Assembly (NCBI RefSeq): GCF_028641065.1 | Contig: NC_073403.1 | Location: forward strand, 31,558,001 to 31,622,000 | Length of the DNA stretch: 64,000 nucleotides | Direction of reading: 5' to 3' | From: Leucoraja erinacea | Taxonomy: Eukaryota | Shown here: positions 24,886 to 38,305 of the stretch, in pieces | Layout: each line of letters starts with the position of its first letter | Position numbering within the stretch: the stretch's first letter is position 1 | Translations under genes and position numbers: made by a program | The notes under the pieces: model-generated | The model's input: only the letters and a program-made list of their open reading frames with translations | What the model was told of the DNA's origin: nothing | Databases searched by the model: none

Positions 24886-25835
24886 TCAACGCATAATCCT
24901 CTGACATTATCGCCACCTCCAATGGGAACCCACCACTAGACGCATCTTCCCATCTCCACTTTCCCCAGAGACTGTTCCCTCTACAATTCCCTGCTTCACT
25001 CATCCCTTCCCACCCAAACCACCCCCTCCCCAGGTACTTACCCCTGCAACCCCAGGAGATGCAACACCTGGCCCTATACCTACTCTGTACAGGGACTCCA
25101 ACAGTCCTTTCACATGCGGCAGAGGTTCATTTGCACCTCCTCTAACCTCATCTACTGTATCCACTGTTTTAGGTGTGGACTATATATCAGTACGACCAAG
25201 TTCAGACTGGGTGATCATTTCGTTGAACACCTTCACTCCATCTGTCTAGGCCCACACAATCTCCTGGTTGCCAAACACTTTAACTGCCCTTCCCATTCCC
25301 ATACTGAGCTTCCTGCTCTAGGCCGCCTCTACTGCCAGATTGATGAGAAGTGCAAATTGGAGGAACAACACCTCGTATTTCGGGTGGTATGAACTGAGAC
25401 AACCCAGCGCTATGAATCAGTCTGAAGAAGGGTCTCAACCAGAAACATCACCCATTCCTTCTCTCCAGAGATGCTGCCTGTCCCACTGAGTTACTCCAGC
25501 ATTTTGTTACTACCAGCGGTATGAATGTTGATTTCTTTAACTTCAATTAACCCCTGCATTCCCGCTCTCTCTGTCTCTCCACCACCCTAGTCATCCAGCT
25601 AGTTTCACAGTAGTCCTGCTGAGTTTCACTGTTTATATCCACTACTCATCACCTTCTCCGCAACCAACAATGGATCATTGTGGGCTCCACCTTTGCTTGA
25701 TCATCGTTGCTGGCTTTGATTTGTTCTTTGCATTCCTTGCATTCATTTGTTCATTATACCTCTTCATACCTCTAGTTTCCCTCTCCCTTGACGCTCAGTC
25801 TGAAGAAAGGTCCTGACCCAAAACATCACCCATTC
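24886..25835 (+). mobile_element. Penelope-like element 3' fragment (GIY-YIG remnant, 3' UTR, terminal-repeat pieces)
   Basis: ORF 25114-25392 RQRFICTSSNLIYCIHCFRCGLYI; homologous to 21240-21790 and 46755-47600. Confidence 0.85.
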
Positions 25836-25994
25836 ATGTATCATTAATGTTGCATTGACCCAACTTGGCCGTGGCAGTGGTTAAAATGTACCACTGTCAT
25901 CTCTGGCTGTATGTCCCAGTTACTGCGTAAAAAAAAAACATGCCGCACACATTTTGTTTTCTGAACACTCAAATTCATGCTCTTCTCATTTCAG

Positions 25995-26225
25995 CCTCCC
26001 ACTCCAAAAGAAGATTATCCAGAGATAATTGTGGGGAGCCCTCCTGGATATCTGGGTCATCGACGGCAACCTTCCAACTGGTCACAGGAAGATTACAGCG
26101 AGCCACAGTCACCGATGGATATGCCTGTATACCAGTCCATTGATCCAAAGGCTCCACGAGGCTGGTTTATAGAGTTGGACGAAGAAGGGCAGACGCTTTA
26201 CACAAGTGAAGTTACCCACACAAAA
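25995..26225 (+). CDS. ARHGAP27: ARHGAP27-like exon (phase 0-0): PPTPKEDYPE...EEDYS-like...PRGWFIELDEEGQTLYTSEVTHTK
   Basis: Acceptor ttctcatttcag, donor AAA|gtaaga, 231 nt; PPTPxxDYPE matches my recollection of ARHGAP27 (PPTPETDYPE). Confidence 0.9.
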
Positions 26226-27139
26226 GTAAGAAGCATGTCTTTGTACAGTGATAGCATCAAGTAAGATGTATGACATTTTTAAGTTTGTATTCTGAAGGTG
26301 AAACCATTACATTTTTCCATGGTATCTAGAAACAACATTGTAACGTAATGTCCAACTTTGTCCCAAATATTGCCCACCAGTGGTGGGAGCTCTAGTCTTC
26401 TCTTGAAGAATTTATGAGCTCAGCATCGGCAATTCTTCTGTAATGGAGTTTGTGAAAAATTCTTGCAGAACAGGTTTTAATTTAGAAATTAATTGTCCTA
26501 AAAGGCGGTGCTTGTGACTGGTAGTTTTGATCTCTGGCGCACATTTATAACATTTGTCCTCTTAATGGACTCATAATGAAGAAAGAGGGAGATAGGCGGC
26601 TTTAATTGTGAGTAAAATCGCAGCTAAGTTCACTATTGACAAACACCATCGAGTCATTGAGTGATACAGTGTGGAATACAGGCCCTTCGGCCCAACTTGC
26701 CCACATCGGCCAACAATGTCCCAGCTACACTAGTCCCACTTGCCTGCGCTTGGTCCATATCTCTCCAAACCTGTCCTATCCGTGTACCTGTCTAACTGTT
26801 TCTTAAATGATGGGCTAGTCCCAGCCTCAACTGCCTCCCCTGGCAGCTTGTTCCATACACCCATCAGCCTTTGTGTGAAAATGTTACCCTGTAGATTCCT
26901 ATTAAACCTTAATGGCTGCAAGCATACCAACATAGTTTAGCATGTGCCGTGCATCACCTAACATTACACTTTAAGAAAAAGGAGCAGAAATAGAGAAATG
27001 GGTTTCTTGAGTCTGCTCTGCCATGCAATTTATTCATAGTTGATCTGATCTCGTTTAGCTCTCCTTTTTATATGTTTTCCAGCATATTGCTTAGAGTGAA
27101 GGGCAAGGCAGGCAAATGTTAGGAAGCTTGGCTGACGTG

Positions 27140-28190
27140 GGAAATTGAGGCACTCACTGGTAACGAATAAGAAGGATGCATGGGACAGGTATAGGTAGCT
27201 GTGATCAAGTGTATCCCTGATGGAGTTTCGGGAACTAAGGAGCAAACTAAAAAAGGAAATCTGAAGGGCAAAAAGGGGCCAGTAGTTAGCTCTGGCAGGT
27301 AGCATTAAGGACAATCCCAAGAGATTTTATAAATACATAAGTGGGGGAAAAGGGTAACTAGTGAGAGAGCGGGACCTCTCAGGAATCAAAGCGGGCACCT
27401 CTGTGTGGAGCCACAGGAGATGGGCAAGGTCCCCAATGAGTTTTTTCTCCTCTGTATTTACTGAGCAGAAAGACAGCAGGATTGAGGGGCAGTGAATAGA
27501 AATGTCTTGAGAGCAGTCAGAGTTACGGTCAAAGAGGTTAGAAGGTAGACAAATCTCCAGGGCTTCATCAGATTTCTCCGAGGACATTGTGGGAAGCTAG
27601 AGAGGAAATTGCGGGAGCCCTGCTTGAAATTTACGAGTCGTCATTAAAAACAAGAGAGGTGCCGGAAGACTGGAGGATGGCACTAGGGTTGCAGGGAAAA
27701 TGCTGCGAACTATAGGCCAGTGAGCTGAACATCTGTAGTTGGAAAGTTACTGGAGAGTATCCTGAGGGATAGGATATACAGGCATTTAGTCAAACAAGGG
27801 TTGATTAAGGATAGTCAGCATGGTTTTGTTCGTGGGAGGTCGTGTCCCACAAATCTGATTGAGTTTTTTTGAAGACCGGGTATGGAGAAGATTTACAAGG
27901 ATGTTGCCAGGACCAGAGTGGCTGACCTACAGGGAGAGGGTGAGTGTGTTGGGACTATTCCTTGGAGGCAGGAAGATGAGGGTTGATTTTATAGAGGTGT
28001 ATAAAATCATGAGAGGGATAGATAGAGTAGATGCACATAGTCTCTTGCCCAGCGGAGAGGAATCGAGGACCAGAGGACATAAGTTTAAGGTGAAGGGGAA
28101 AAGATTTAATAGGAAACTGAGAGGAAACCTTTTCACACAAAGGGTGGGAGGTGTATGGAATGAGTTTCCAGAGGAGTTGGTTGAGGCTGT
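27140..28190 (+). mobile_element. Degenerate, internally deleted CR1 LINE
   Basis: Recognisable CR1 ORF2 pieces (gaggtgccggaagactggagg, cagcatggttttgt, RRFTRMLPG, FTQRV). Confidence 0.85.
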
Positions 28191-29128
28191 TCAACATCGG
28201 TCCATCTAGATATTCAATGATTTTTCCTCCACATTATCCCAATATTCATAACACTCTCTGAGAAGAAATTTCTCCTCATCTTGATACTAAATAGACTGCC
28301 TCTTACTCTGAAGATATTCTCAACTTTATTCTGGATACCCACATATGGGGTTATATTTTGCCAGAATTTACCTGCTGTATCTTGTAAGATTTGATAATAT
28401 CCCACATTTTGTTTCTTCATTCAAGTCTAGGACAAATCTAATAAATTGTTCCTCTTAAAGTAATAAAGTCATAAGGAATAGGAGTAGAATTAGGCCATTC
28501 AGCCCATCAAGTCTACTCCGCCATTCAATCTTGGCTGATGTATCTCTCCTTCCTAATCCCATTTTTCTGCCTTCTCCCCGTAATCTATTCAGAAACCAGA
28601 AATCAACCTTTTGAATCTTCTTTGAACATCCTGCAAAGGAAATATATATTGCTATTGATATGCAGAAACAAACTGTGTGCTGGAGGAACATGGATGGGAA
28701 AGGTTTGGAGGGTTCTGGTACAAACATGGGCAAATGTGACTAGCTGAGATTGGGCATCTTGGTTAGCATGGACGAGTCGGGCCGAAGGGCTGATTTCCAT
28801 ACTGTATGACTCTGCAGGTATGGGATAACCCAGTGGCCATGATCTCTCCACTGTCAGGGAATAAAGAAGCCCGTAATGACGATATCCTACCATTCTACAA
28901 TTGTCACTTTTCAAAGGCCCAATTACTTCATTTGCCTTTCTAATTGATATGTCTGAATGTTACCTTTCTGTGCTTCATATTTGGGGAGTTACGTCTCCAT
29001 TTGGAGCTAACTGGTGGCTCGGTGCTGCCATTGAACTATGTACATGGGGTGGATTGTAGGTGCCTCATTGCTGCAATGTTGCTTCAGCAATGAACAACTC
29101 CTGGGACAGACACAAAATGCTGCTGTAA

Positions 29129-29870
29129 TGGGCCTGTCTCACTTAGGCGACTGTTTAGGCGACTGCAGGAGACTATGCAGTCGCCACATGTTCGCCACAT
29201 GTTTGCAGGTAGTTGCCAGGGAGTCGCCTTCATGGTCGTGAGGAGTTCCTGCATTCTGGGAACTAGTCGCGGCCTCATTATGGTCGCTGCAAATTTTTCA
29301 ACATGTTGAAACACTAGCGGCGACTAGAATGAAGCCGCCGTGGAGAGTAGCGAGAATTCTCGAGCCGTAGGTGGGTCGCCAGGAGGTCGAAGGTTCTCGG
29401 AGGTTCTCGTAGATTGTAGCCGGTGCTGAACGGTGAATTTCATTGGCTCATTGGAGGAAAAAAAAGGTAAGCAGTAGTTTTCAGACCCAAGGATAACCGA
29501 CCGGTAATGTTGATGTCGGCCGAGCTTCACAGCCATGTATCTCTGGCTTCTTAAAAGTTGTCTCCACCCCTTCTCCCCTCTCCCCCCTCTTTTAAAGGAC
29601 TTACCATACACTGTGCTTTAGCCGTCTTAATTTCATCACGGTGTGTGTCTGTATCACCATGGCTTTGCACCGTGTGAATTTTTTAGACAGGGTAAGCGGA
29701 TGGAGCGCTGTCTAAAAAATTCACATGGGCTGGTGAAGGAAGCATTGTGTGTGTGCGCGTGTGTGTACGCGCGTGTGTGTATGCGCGGGTGTTCTCTCTC
29801 CACTCTGACAGTCGCTGTTCCAATTGCCGATTTTTCAGTCCACTGAAAAGTTGCATGTGGGACAGGCCCG
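29129..29870. mobile_element. PIF/Harbinger-type MITE inserted in a Penelope terminal repeat
   Basis: Termini tgggcctgtctcac / gtgggacaggcccg; TAA at 29126-29128 and 29871-29873; internally related to 38803-39578. Confidence 0.85.
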
Positions 29871-30196
29871 TAACTCAGCGGGACAGGCAGCATCTCCGGA
29901 GAGAAGGAATGGGTGATGCTTCAGTCTGAAGAATGGGCTCGACCCGAAAAGTTACCCTTCTCTCCAGAGATGCTGCCTGCCCCGCTGAGTGGCTGCAGCT
30001 TTTTGTGTCCATCTTCAGTTTAAACCAGCATCTGCAGTTCTTTCTTTCAACAATTCCTGGGAGCGGTTCCATAACTTTTCTGTATCTATCCAACATCTTA
30101 GACAATTCGTCAGACATTACTTCTATTGTAGGATTTCAACCTGTTGAATGATGAAAGTAATATAGTCTGACCTCTGTTTTATTTTGTTCCTCCTAG

Positions 30197-30277
30197 TGGA
30201 TCAGGCACACAGATGCCAGTGGGAAGTTTTATTATTATAACCCAGATGAAGATAAATCAGTGTGGGAACTTCCACAG
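30197..30277 (+). CDS. ARHGAP27: ARHGAP27-like exon (phase 0-0), WW domain: WIRHTDASGKFYYYNPDEDKSVWELPQ
   Basis: Acceptor ttgttcctcctag, donor CAG|gtaaga, 81 nt; WW signature; too short for the ORF track. Confidence 0.92.
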
Positions 30278-32512
30278 GTAAGAATGGTCAGAACTATTGG
30301 CAATTGAACCGCAAAGAACCTTGAATTGTGTGTCTGTCATAAGGTGTCCATTATATGGGGCACTGGCATATATTTGGCCCTAACTGCACCATTGTTAATG
30401 CATCGAGTCAGTATAAAAATTGTTTTACGATCGATTTTGTGGAATTGGGCCCATTTCCATGGAAGACCAGACGAAATTTCGTTCAAGGTGCACTGTGCCT
30501 AGGTGTATATCTGAATGACAATAAAGTTTTCATTCACCTGGAAATGGCATGTGTATTTTAATAAGTGGCTGGTACAGTGGGGCAGCAGTAGAGTTGCTAC
30601 GGGTACAGTCTGTACGGAGTTTGTACGTTCTCCCTGTGACCTTGTGGGTTTTCTCCGGGTGCTCGGGTTTCCTCCAACACACCAAACGTTAATTGGCTTC
30701 TGTAAATCGTCCCTAGTGTGTAGATAGTGTTAATGTGCAGGGGTCGCTGGTCAGCGCAGACTCGGGGGCTGAAAGGTCTGTTTCCACGCTGTATTTCTGT
30801 ATTATTGTGTCAGCACTTACGTAGACAATGAGCTTGATGCTCGTTTCTTAATTGGTAGGTATTATACTCTACAATGTGTTTTGCATTGACTGCAAAACTT
30901 TGCATTAAACTGCCTGGTTGTTCTGGTTGTGCAACAAGTTTGGTGCAGGAGCCCAGCCTGAGTGCCTGCGGCAACTTTTCCTGCTGCTGTCTGCACTCTG
31001 AAACTGTTGCAGTGGAAGCTGCTGACACAGGAATCGCCACCTAGCTGGGATTTAGGGAAAGAGCTGTAGTCTGTGGGGGGAAGAGGTGGAGCCAGACTTG
31101 TGCCTTCTCCTCAATTAAACATTGGACTGACTTGCTCTTTTTAGGTGAGGATGGAAATTAGTTACCTGACCATTTTTGATGCTAACCCTGATTTCGAAAT
31201 AAGTGGCCACAAAGAAGGCACTCATCTCAACAGCAAGTTTACCAATGGCTGCTGTGGAAAGGGAAAACACTGCTGTGGAGGTAGAAAGCCACATGCTCTG
31301 GGTTCATGTGTTTAGAGATGCAGCATGGAAACAGGCCCTTTGACCCACAGTGCAAAAACTGGCCCTTTGGCACAAAATGCCGACCAAAATGCCCAACAAT
31401 GCTAGCCCCACCAGCCCTCATCTGGCCCATATCCCTCCAACCTTTCCTATCCACGTAACTGTGAATTATTATTATATTGCCTATAGCAACAACCTCTTCT
31501 GTCAAACAGGAACATTTGTTGGAGAAACACGAGTTCTTTGAGTGAACCTGTGACAAACATTATTTGGTAAACTCGGAGATTAATTTACAACCACTGTAGA
31601 GAAGCTTGTAAGCATTGCTGCTTGGTTTATTGCTCATGCAATAAAACTAAAATGCTGTGTATGCACTGTGACTTTTGTGGAGAGAGAGTTAATGTTGCGA
31701 TACAATGAACTGAAAAATGAGGAAGCAAATATTCATCTGTAAGTTTGTAGAACACGGGACGTGTTTATGAAAGGGGGAACCAAGGATGTCCATGTGATGC
31801 TTTTGTTGCCATTTAAGAGAGTGAGCTGACCTTCCTGGAGTGGTGAAGAGTTGGAAGCAGATGAATGAAGGACGTTGAGAGGGAAAGAAACTATGCTGGG
31901 GCTGTGGAATGCTACACTGAGCAGTTGTCAGAAAGAGCCATGATGTGCACTTTTCAACTTTCTTTGGCAGGACTACTTTGTTATGGAGTTATAGAGCACA
32001 GATATTAGTCTTAGTTTAGTTTAGAGATACAGCGCAGAAAGAGGCCCTTCGACACATCGAGTCCACACCGACCAGCGATCCCCGTCACAGCCTGTCTCTA
32101 CTGGTCAATACAGATCTGCCCTTTGGCCACCATGTTACAATTATTATTAATTCCCATTCTAGCTTATGGGATCTAAAGGATTTTTGTGTCTAATTAATTG
32201 AAAGGTAGACCATAGAAACTGGCCCTTCAAGCACCGCTTACGCTGACCTTTGATCACCCAGTCCCACTAGTTCTATGTAATCCCACTTTCTTATCTACTA
32301 CCTACACACCAGAGACCAATTACCCTACAAACCCGCATGTCTTTTGGACGTGAGAGGAAACCAGAGCACCCGTAGGAAACCCACGCTCTCCCCCGCTACG
32401 CTCTAACCTTAGGAGGGATGTGAAGAAACTCTGCCCTGACTACAACCAAAGTCAGAATCAAACCTGAGTCTCTGGCGCTGTGAGGCAGCAGCTCCACCGG
32501 CTGCTCCACCAG

Positions 32513-32544
<32 letters not shown>

Positions 32545-32848
32545 GCCCCCCCAACTGTGTCACCTACTTGATGCTTCTTTTGGGTAACAGAGAAACTTCA
32601 CTTTCAATAGTTATGTAAATCTTGCAGTTGTAAACAAGCAAGTGAATATTCAGTAGTGCAGGCAGATGCTCTTCTGTCCTTCCACCTGCAAAGGTGTGAA
32701 TGCTTGTTTATCGTGTGATTGAGAAAGGAGTATTTTCTAAACATCTGGGTTGTATTGTTATTGCCGGTGCATGCCACCCTTTAGATTAAGCAGGCTCCAT
32801 AATCACGGAGTGTGTAAGAATAAATGGGTATCTTTTCCTCTTCTCCAG

Positions 32849-32971
32849 TATGAAGCTCCGTCAAATCAACATAGTGCCGGAAATGGAATGGACCAAGAGG
32901 GAAATTTGGTTTTCACACACTGGCGCCATGGCCAGTCACTGAAAATTATTCGCTCTGACACTGAGGAGAAG
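32849..32971 (+). CDS. ARHGAP27: ARHGAP27-like exon (phase 0-0): YEAPSNQHSAGNGMDQEGNLVFTHWRHGQSLKIIRSDTEEK
   Basis: Acceptor ttttcctcttctccag, donor AAG|gtaaat, 123 nt, in frame with neighbours. Confidence 0.85.
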
Positions 32972-33738
32972 GTAAATGATGAATCTCTGTGTTGAGCTCT
33001 GCAGGGCCAGAGGGATGAAGATTCCTCTCGTTGATGCAATCATTTGTGTAAATGCTGACCTGTCCACTCCAATGCCTGGGTTTCTAACCAATATCACGGG
33101 ATGGAAAACCCTCTGCTTTCTCAATCAATCTTGAGATTAGTCCAACAGGACTACCGTTCTGGGAATCTTTAGCTGATGATAGGGATTGGCAGACCATGGG
33201 AGTCCTGGCACTTGCTGAGGGTTGAGTGCAGAGGTAGGTTTGACATGGGAACTAGATGAACATTTTCAATCCTGTCTCCCGTAAGTTTCGTGAAGGGGTC
33301 AATCTAGAATCAAATTGATACCCTTATGTATGAATGTAGAGTCAAATTTAATATTTTGGAAAATGCAAACAAAATTGTATCCATTTGCTAATTATAGATA
33401 GAAAGCATCAACTGTATTCTATATGGGGACATCACAGAGTTTGACATGTAGAACAGAAAACACTACAGTGCAGGAACTGGCCATTGGCCCACAATGTGTG
33501 AGCTGAAAATAATGCCAAGGCCAACTCATATCTGTCTGTACATAATCCATATCTCTCCATTCCCTGCATATCCATGTCTGTATCCAACGTCTCAAATGCC
33601 AGTATCGTATCTGTTTCCATCACCACCCATGGCAGCACGCTCAAAGTATTCACCATCCTCTGTGTAAAAATAAACTTGCCCTGCACAATTCCTTTACACT
33701 TTTCTCTTCTTGCCTTCAAGCTATACCCTTTAGTATTT

Positions 33739-36322
33739 CTAAAGGGTATAGACAATCATTGTTCCCCTGACCTCGAGTATATGTCTGTAAGATGCCGGCC
33801 TTTTTTTCTACCGAGAGAACTAACAGTCGTGATTGTCACGGCTGTGTATATTCCACCTGACGCCAATGTAAACAAGGCGCTCTCTCTCCTGCTGAACACC
33901 ATTAACGAACAGCAGCGGGACCACCCCGAAGGTGTTCACATAATCGCAGGGGACTTTAATAAGGCCAACTTGAAGACTGTACTGCCGAAATTCTACCAAC
34001 ATGTCAAGTGTTCTACTAGAGGGGTGAACACGCTGGATCATGTTTACACCAATATCAAGCACGCGTATAGAGCCATCCCCCTCCCCCAACTCGGCCAGTC
34101 AGACCATCTCTCCCTCCTGCTCTCTCCAGCCTACACCCCCCTCAGACGCAGTGCCAGGCCCACCATAAAATCTGTTACAACCTGGCCTGAAAATGCACTC
34201 TCCAATCTACAGGACTGCTTTACACAGACAAACTGGGACATATTCGAACACCAGGACCTGGAAACTCTCACAGAATCGGTGCTGGACTATATCAAGTTCT
34301 GCATCGGAAATGTGACTGTAGACAAAAACATACGGGTTTTCCCAAACCAGAAACCCTGGATGTCCAGTCAGGTCCGCACACTCCTCAGAGCCCGCGATGC
34401 TGCCTTCAGGTCAGGTGACAGAGCTCTGTACAGGGCTGCTCGAGCCGACCTGAAAAGTGGTATTAAAAAGGCCAAGGCGGATCACAAGAGGAGCATAGAG
34501 TCCCACTTGTCCAGCAATAATACACGGGAGGTATGGCGGGGCATACAAGACATTACCAACTACAGAGGCTGTGCCACAAAGTCAGAAGACCTGAGTGCGC
34601 CGCTGGCAGAAAAGCTAAATTGCTTCTTCTCCCGCTTTGAGACATCACAACAGCAGCACTCACCTGCTACAGCCCTGTTCCCACCCTCACCTGGCTCCTG
34701 TACTACCCCACTCACTGTCGGGGAACACGATGTCAGACGGGTGCTCCTGGCAGTGAACCCCAAGAAGGCTACCGGCCCAGATGGAGTCCCTGGTAAGGTG
34801 CTCAAAGCGTGCGCCCACCAGCTCACTGCCATCTTCACCAGAATTTTCAATCTCTCCCTGGCCCAGGCAGTTATTCCGTCCTGCCTAAAATCAGCCACAA
34901 TCGTCCCTGTGCCGAAGAAGTCTCCCATCACCAGCCTTAATGACTACCGTCCTGTGGCCCTCACTCCGGTAATCACGAAGTGCTTCGAGAGGTTGGTCCT
35001 CCAGCACATCAAGGACTATCTACCACCAGACTTCGACCCCCACCAATTCGCTTATCGCCAAAACAGATCCACAGAAGACGCCATCACCGTAGCTCTCCAC
35101 TCTGTGCTGAGCCATCTGGAGCAGGGGCAGAGCTACGTCCGGATGCTCTTTGTGGATTTTAGTTCAGCCTTTAACACAATCATCCCGGACATCCTCATTG
35201 GTAAACTGGTCACTCTCGGCCTCCCCACTGTCACATGTGCCTGGATTAAGGATTTCCTCACAAACCGGCCCCAGACTGTGAGACTTGGCCCCCACCTCTC
35301 CTCCACTCGCAGGTTGAGTACCGGTTCCCCACAGGGCTGTGTGCTAAGCCCCCTCTTATACTGTCTCTACACCTACGACTGTAGTCCGGCCCACAACAAC
35401 AACCGCATCGTCAAATTTGCTGACGACACTACTGTGGTCGGACTTATTTCAAAGGGAGACGAGGCAGCCTACAGAGAGGAAGTCCTGAAGTTGACAACCT
35501 GGTGCTCAGAAAACAATCTGGCTCTGAACACCAGGAAAACAAAAGAGCTCATTGTCGACTTCAGGAGGCACAGCACCGACTTAGCCCCCCTACACATTAA
35601 CGGCGAGTGTGTGGAGAGGGTCAACACCTTCCGGTTTCTCAGCGTCCATATCGTGGCTGACATCTCCTGGACGGACAACACGACAGCGGTCATCAAGAAG
35701 GCTCAGCAGCGGCTGCACTTCCTGAGGGTCCTCAGGAAGCACAACCTAGACTCTAACCTGCTGCTGACCTTCTACCGCTCGTCCATCGAGAGCCTGCTGA
35801 CATACTGCATTACAGCATGGTATGGCAGCTGCACCATGGCAGACAGGGAGAGGCTTCAGAGGGTAACCAGGACAGCGCAGAGGATCATTGGCTGCCCTCT
35901 CCCCTCCCTGATGGACATCTACACCTCCCGCTGCCTTAGCAGGGCAAAGAAGATCATCAAAGACAGCTCCCATCCTGCGTTTGGACTGTTCGACCTGCTG
36001 CCCTCTGGAAGGCGCTATAGGTGCATCAAATCCAGGACAAACAGACTCAGGAATAGCTGCTTCCCGAGAATTATATCTACCATGAATTCAAATCCACACA
36101 TTCACTGACTACACCGCCCAACACGGACTTCCATCTGTATATATGTATATATGTATGTAGCGCCGTAGAATTTGTGCACCTATTCCCCCCCCCCCATCTC
36201 CCTTCTGTTTTGTTTTCTGTTTCTTGTTTTTTGTGTAAAATTGTATGTATGCACTGAGTACGAGCAGCTTTCAGTTTCACTGTACATGTATAGTGACAAT
36301 AAATGGCATATCTATATCTATC
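33739..36322 (+). mobile_element. 5'-truncated Rex1/Babar LINE with an uninterrupted ORF (APE C-terminal part plus RT)
   Basis: ORF to 36108 with IIAGDFN, TLDHVYTN, GQSDH, DYRPVALT, FVDFSSAFNTI, GSPQGCVLSP, KFADDTT; (tatc)n tail; possible 5-bp TSD tattt (33734-33738, 36323-36327) inside an older CR1 tail. Confidence 0.92.
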
Positions 36323-38305
36323 TATTTGATTTTTCCAACCTGGGAACAATATTCTGACAATCTATCCTAATCTCCCTATCTATGCTGAATAATTTCATAT
36401 ACTTCAATCAGGTCAGGCAACCTAAGGCGCTCCAGAGAAAAGAATCCAAGTTCGTCCAGCCTCTCCCTGTAGCTAATTATCCCTAATCCAGGCATAATTC
36501 TGGTAAATCTCCTCCGTACCCTTTCCAAAGCGTCCACATCCTTAAAATAATGGGGCAACCAGAGCTACACACGCAACACTCCATATGCAGCCTAACCAAT
36601 GTCCTATAAATGGTTCCTGACATGCACAATGCCCTGGCCTATGTAAGCAAGAATACAATACCCCTTCATAACCACTCTATCTACTTGTGTTGCCACTATC
36701 AGGGGGTTATGGACTTGGACCCAAGATCCCTCCGTACTTCACTGCTGTTCAGGGTCTTGCCATTAATTGTATATTTTCCCTTTATATTCAATTTCTTAAA
36801 CTGCAACACCTCGCGCTTGCTCGGATTAAACTTCATCTGCCATTTTTCCAACGTAGTGAAAGCCCTGCAGCTTAATGGTTTTATGGAAGTATTTGTCTAC
36901 CTTCCGCAACAGACTGGTTCCACCCAGATGCAGGGCAGAATGGCGCAGGAGATCCTTCTTCCCAGTGGCTATCAAACTTTATAACTTCTCCCCTTCTGTC
37001 GTAGGGTAGACTGAGACTGAAAATAATTTGCCTCCTAGGATAAATATTCTATGGTATCACATTGTAACATTTGTAGAGATTAACACAAGGAAATTAGAGC
37101 AGAGTAGGCCATTGAGCCCGAACTTTTAACCCACCATTCAATATGATCTTGATTGATTTACCCCAGGACTTGGGTCTTTGTGCCAATCCCTATCCCCATC
37201 CCCACTGTTAAAATATCAGATTTTGTTGCGCACTAATAGAGAAGGGAAGCAGTTTGTTCATTGCCCTGAGAAGGAAAAGTATGATTTATGCAGTTCTTGA
37301 ATGAAATTGTTGTTTGCGCTTCCTTCATAATGCAGAAGTAATTCCTGGTTGGAATTCCTGCTAGTTTAACCGTGTGGCAATTGTTATTGAATGCATGCAT
37401 TGCTAAACTCGTTTCAAGTGGGGAAGAGTTGATCTGACTGCTTGTGTTCTTAATGCCCACTGTTACAAAGGAACCCACCATGTCCAGTGGCAGCATTGCT
37501 GTGTGCGCCAGGTTTATCAGTGTAAGGTCAATACTGTGTTGCACACCCTTTCATCAGATGGTTGGCCAAATATCTAAGTATCTTTGCAATTGTTAAAGAG
37601 AAGGGAGATGTTATCAGTATGCTCTGGATTCATCCAGGAAAGCAGGATGTATTCCAATATCCTATTCCCACTGAGCTCAATGATTCAATTATACTTTATT
37701 GTCATATACCAAGGTTCAGTGAAATGCTTTGTTTTGTAAAGTTTAGAGATACAGTGCGGAAACAGGCCCTTCGGCCCACCGAGTCTGTACTGACCAGCGA
37801 TCCTCGCACATTAACACTATCCAACACACACTGGAGACAATTTACATTTTTACCAAGCCAATTAACCTACAAACCTGTATATCTTTGGATTGTGGAAGGA
37901 AACAGAAGATCTTAGAGAAAACCCACGCAACCCAATAAAATCATGTCGCAGACCTCACCTAGCCAGTACACAAGTGTTGCCATGTTTTGGCACCGACAAA
38001 GTTACAAAAGTTCACCGAACTCGCATATATTTTCTAGGAACAAGAAATAGAGAAAATGCACTCAAAGTTTTCTCCTTCAAATTGTTTCATAGACGGTAGC
38101 ACGGAACGACTGTACGTTAGTGGTGACACTGGCAGTTTTTGATTTGCTGGATTTCTTGCTTCAGCTTCCGCTAGTTAATTGCCCCTCCTTCCCAGTCTCC
38201 AGCTGCCCATTGGATTTTCCTCCTCTCACTACTTAAATTATAACAGAGGATGCTCAAAGCTGTTATCACTTACACTTGATCCAGGTTAAAATCATTCAGA
38301 CGGTA

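Noticed and set aside
31034-31049. CTCF-like motif cgccacctagctgg
   Set aside because: It mismatches the core consensus; a single short motif cannot be supported without ChIP or conservation data
33574-33738. N-terminal 55 aa of the 844-aa ORF as a true protein start
   Set aside because: It is antisense CR1 3' sequence that happens to be in frame with the 5'-truncated Rex1/Babar ORF
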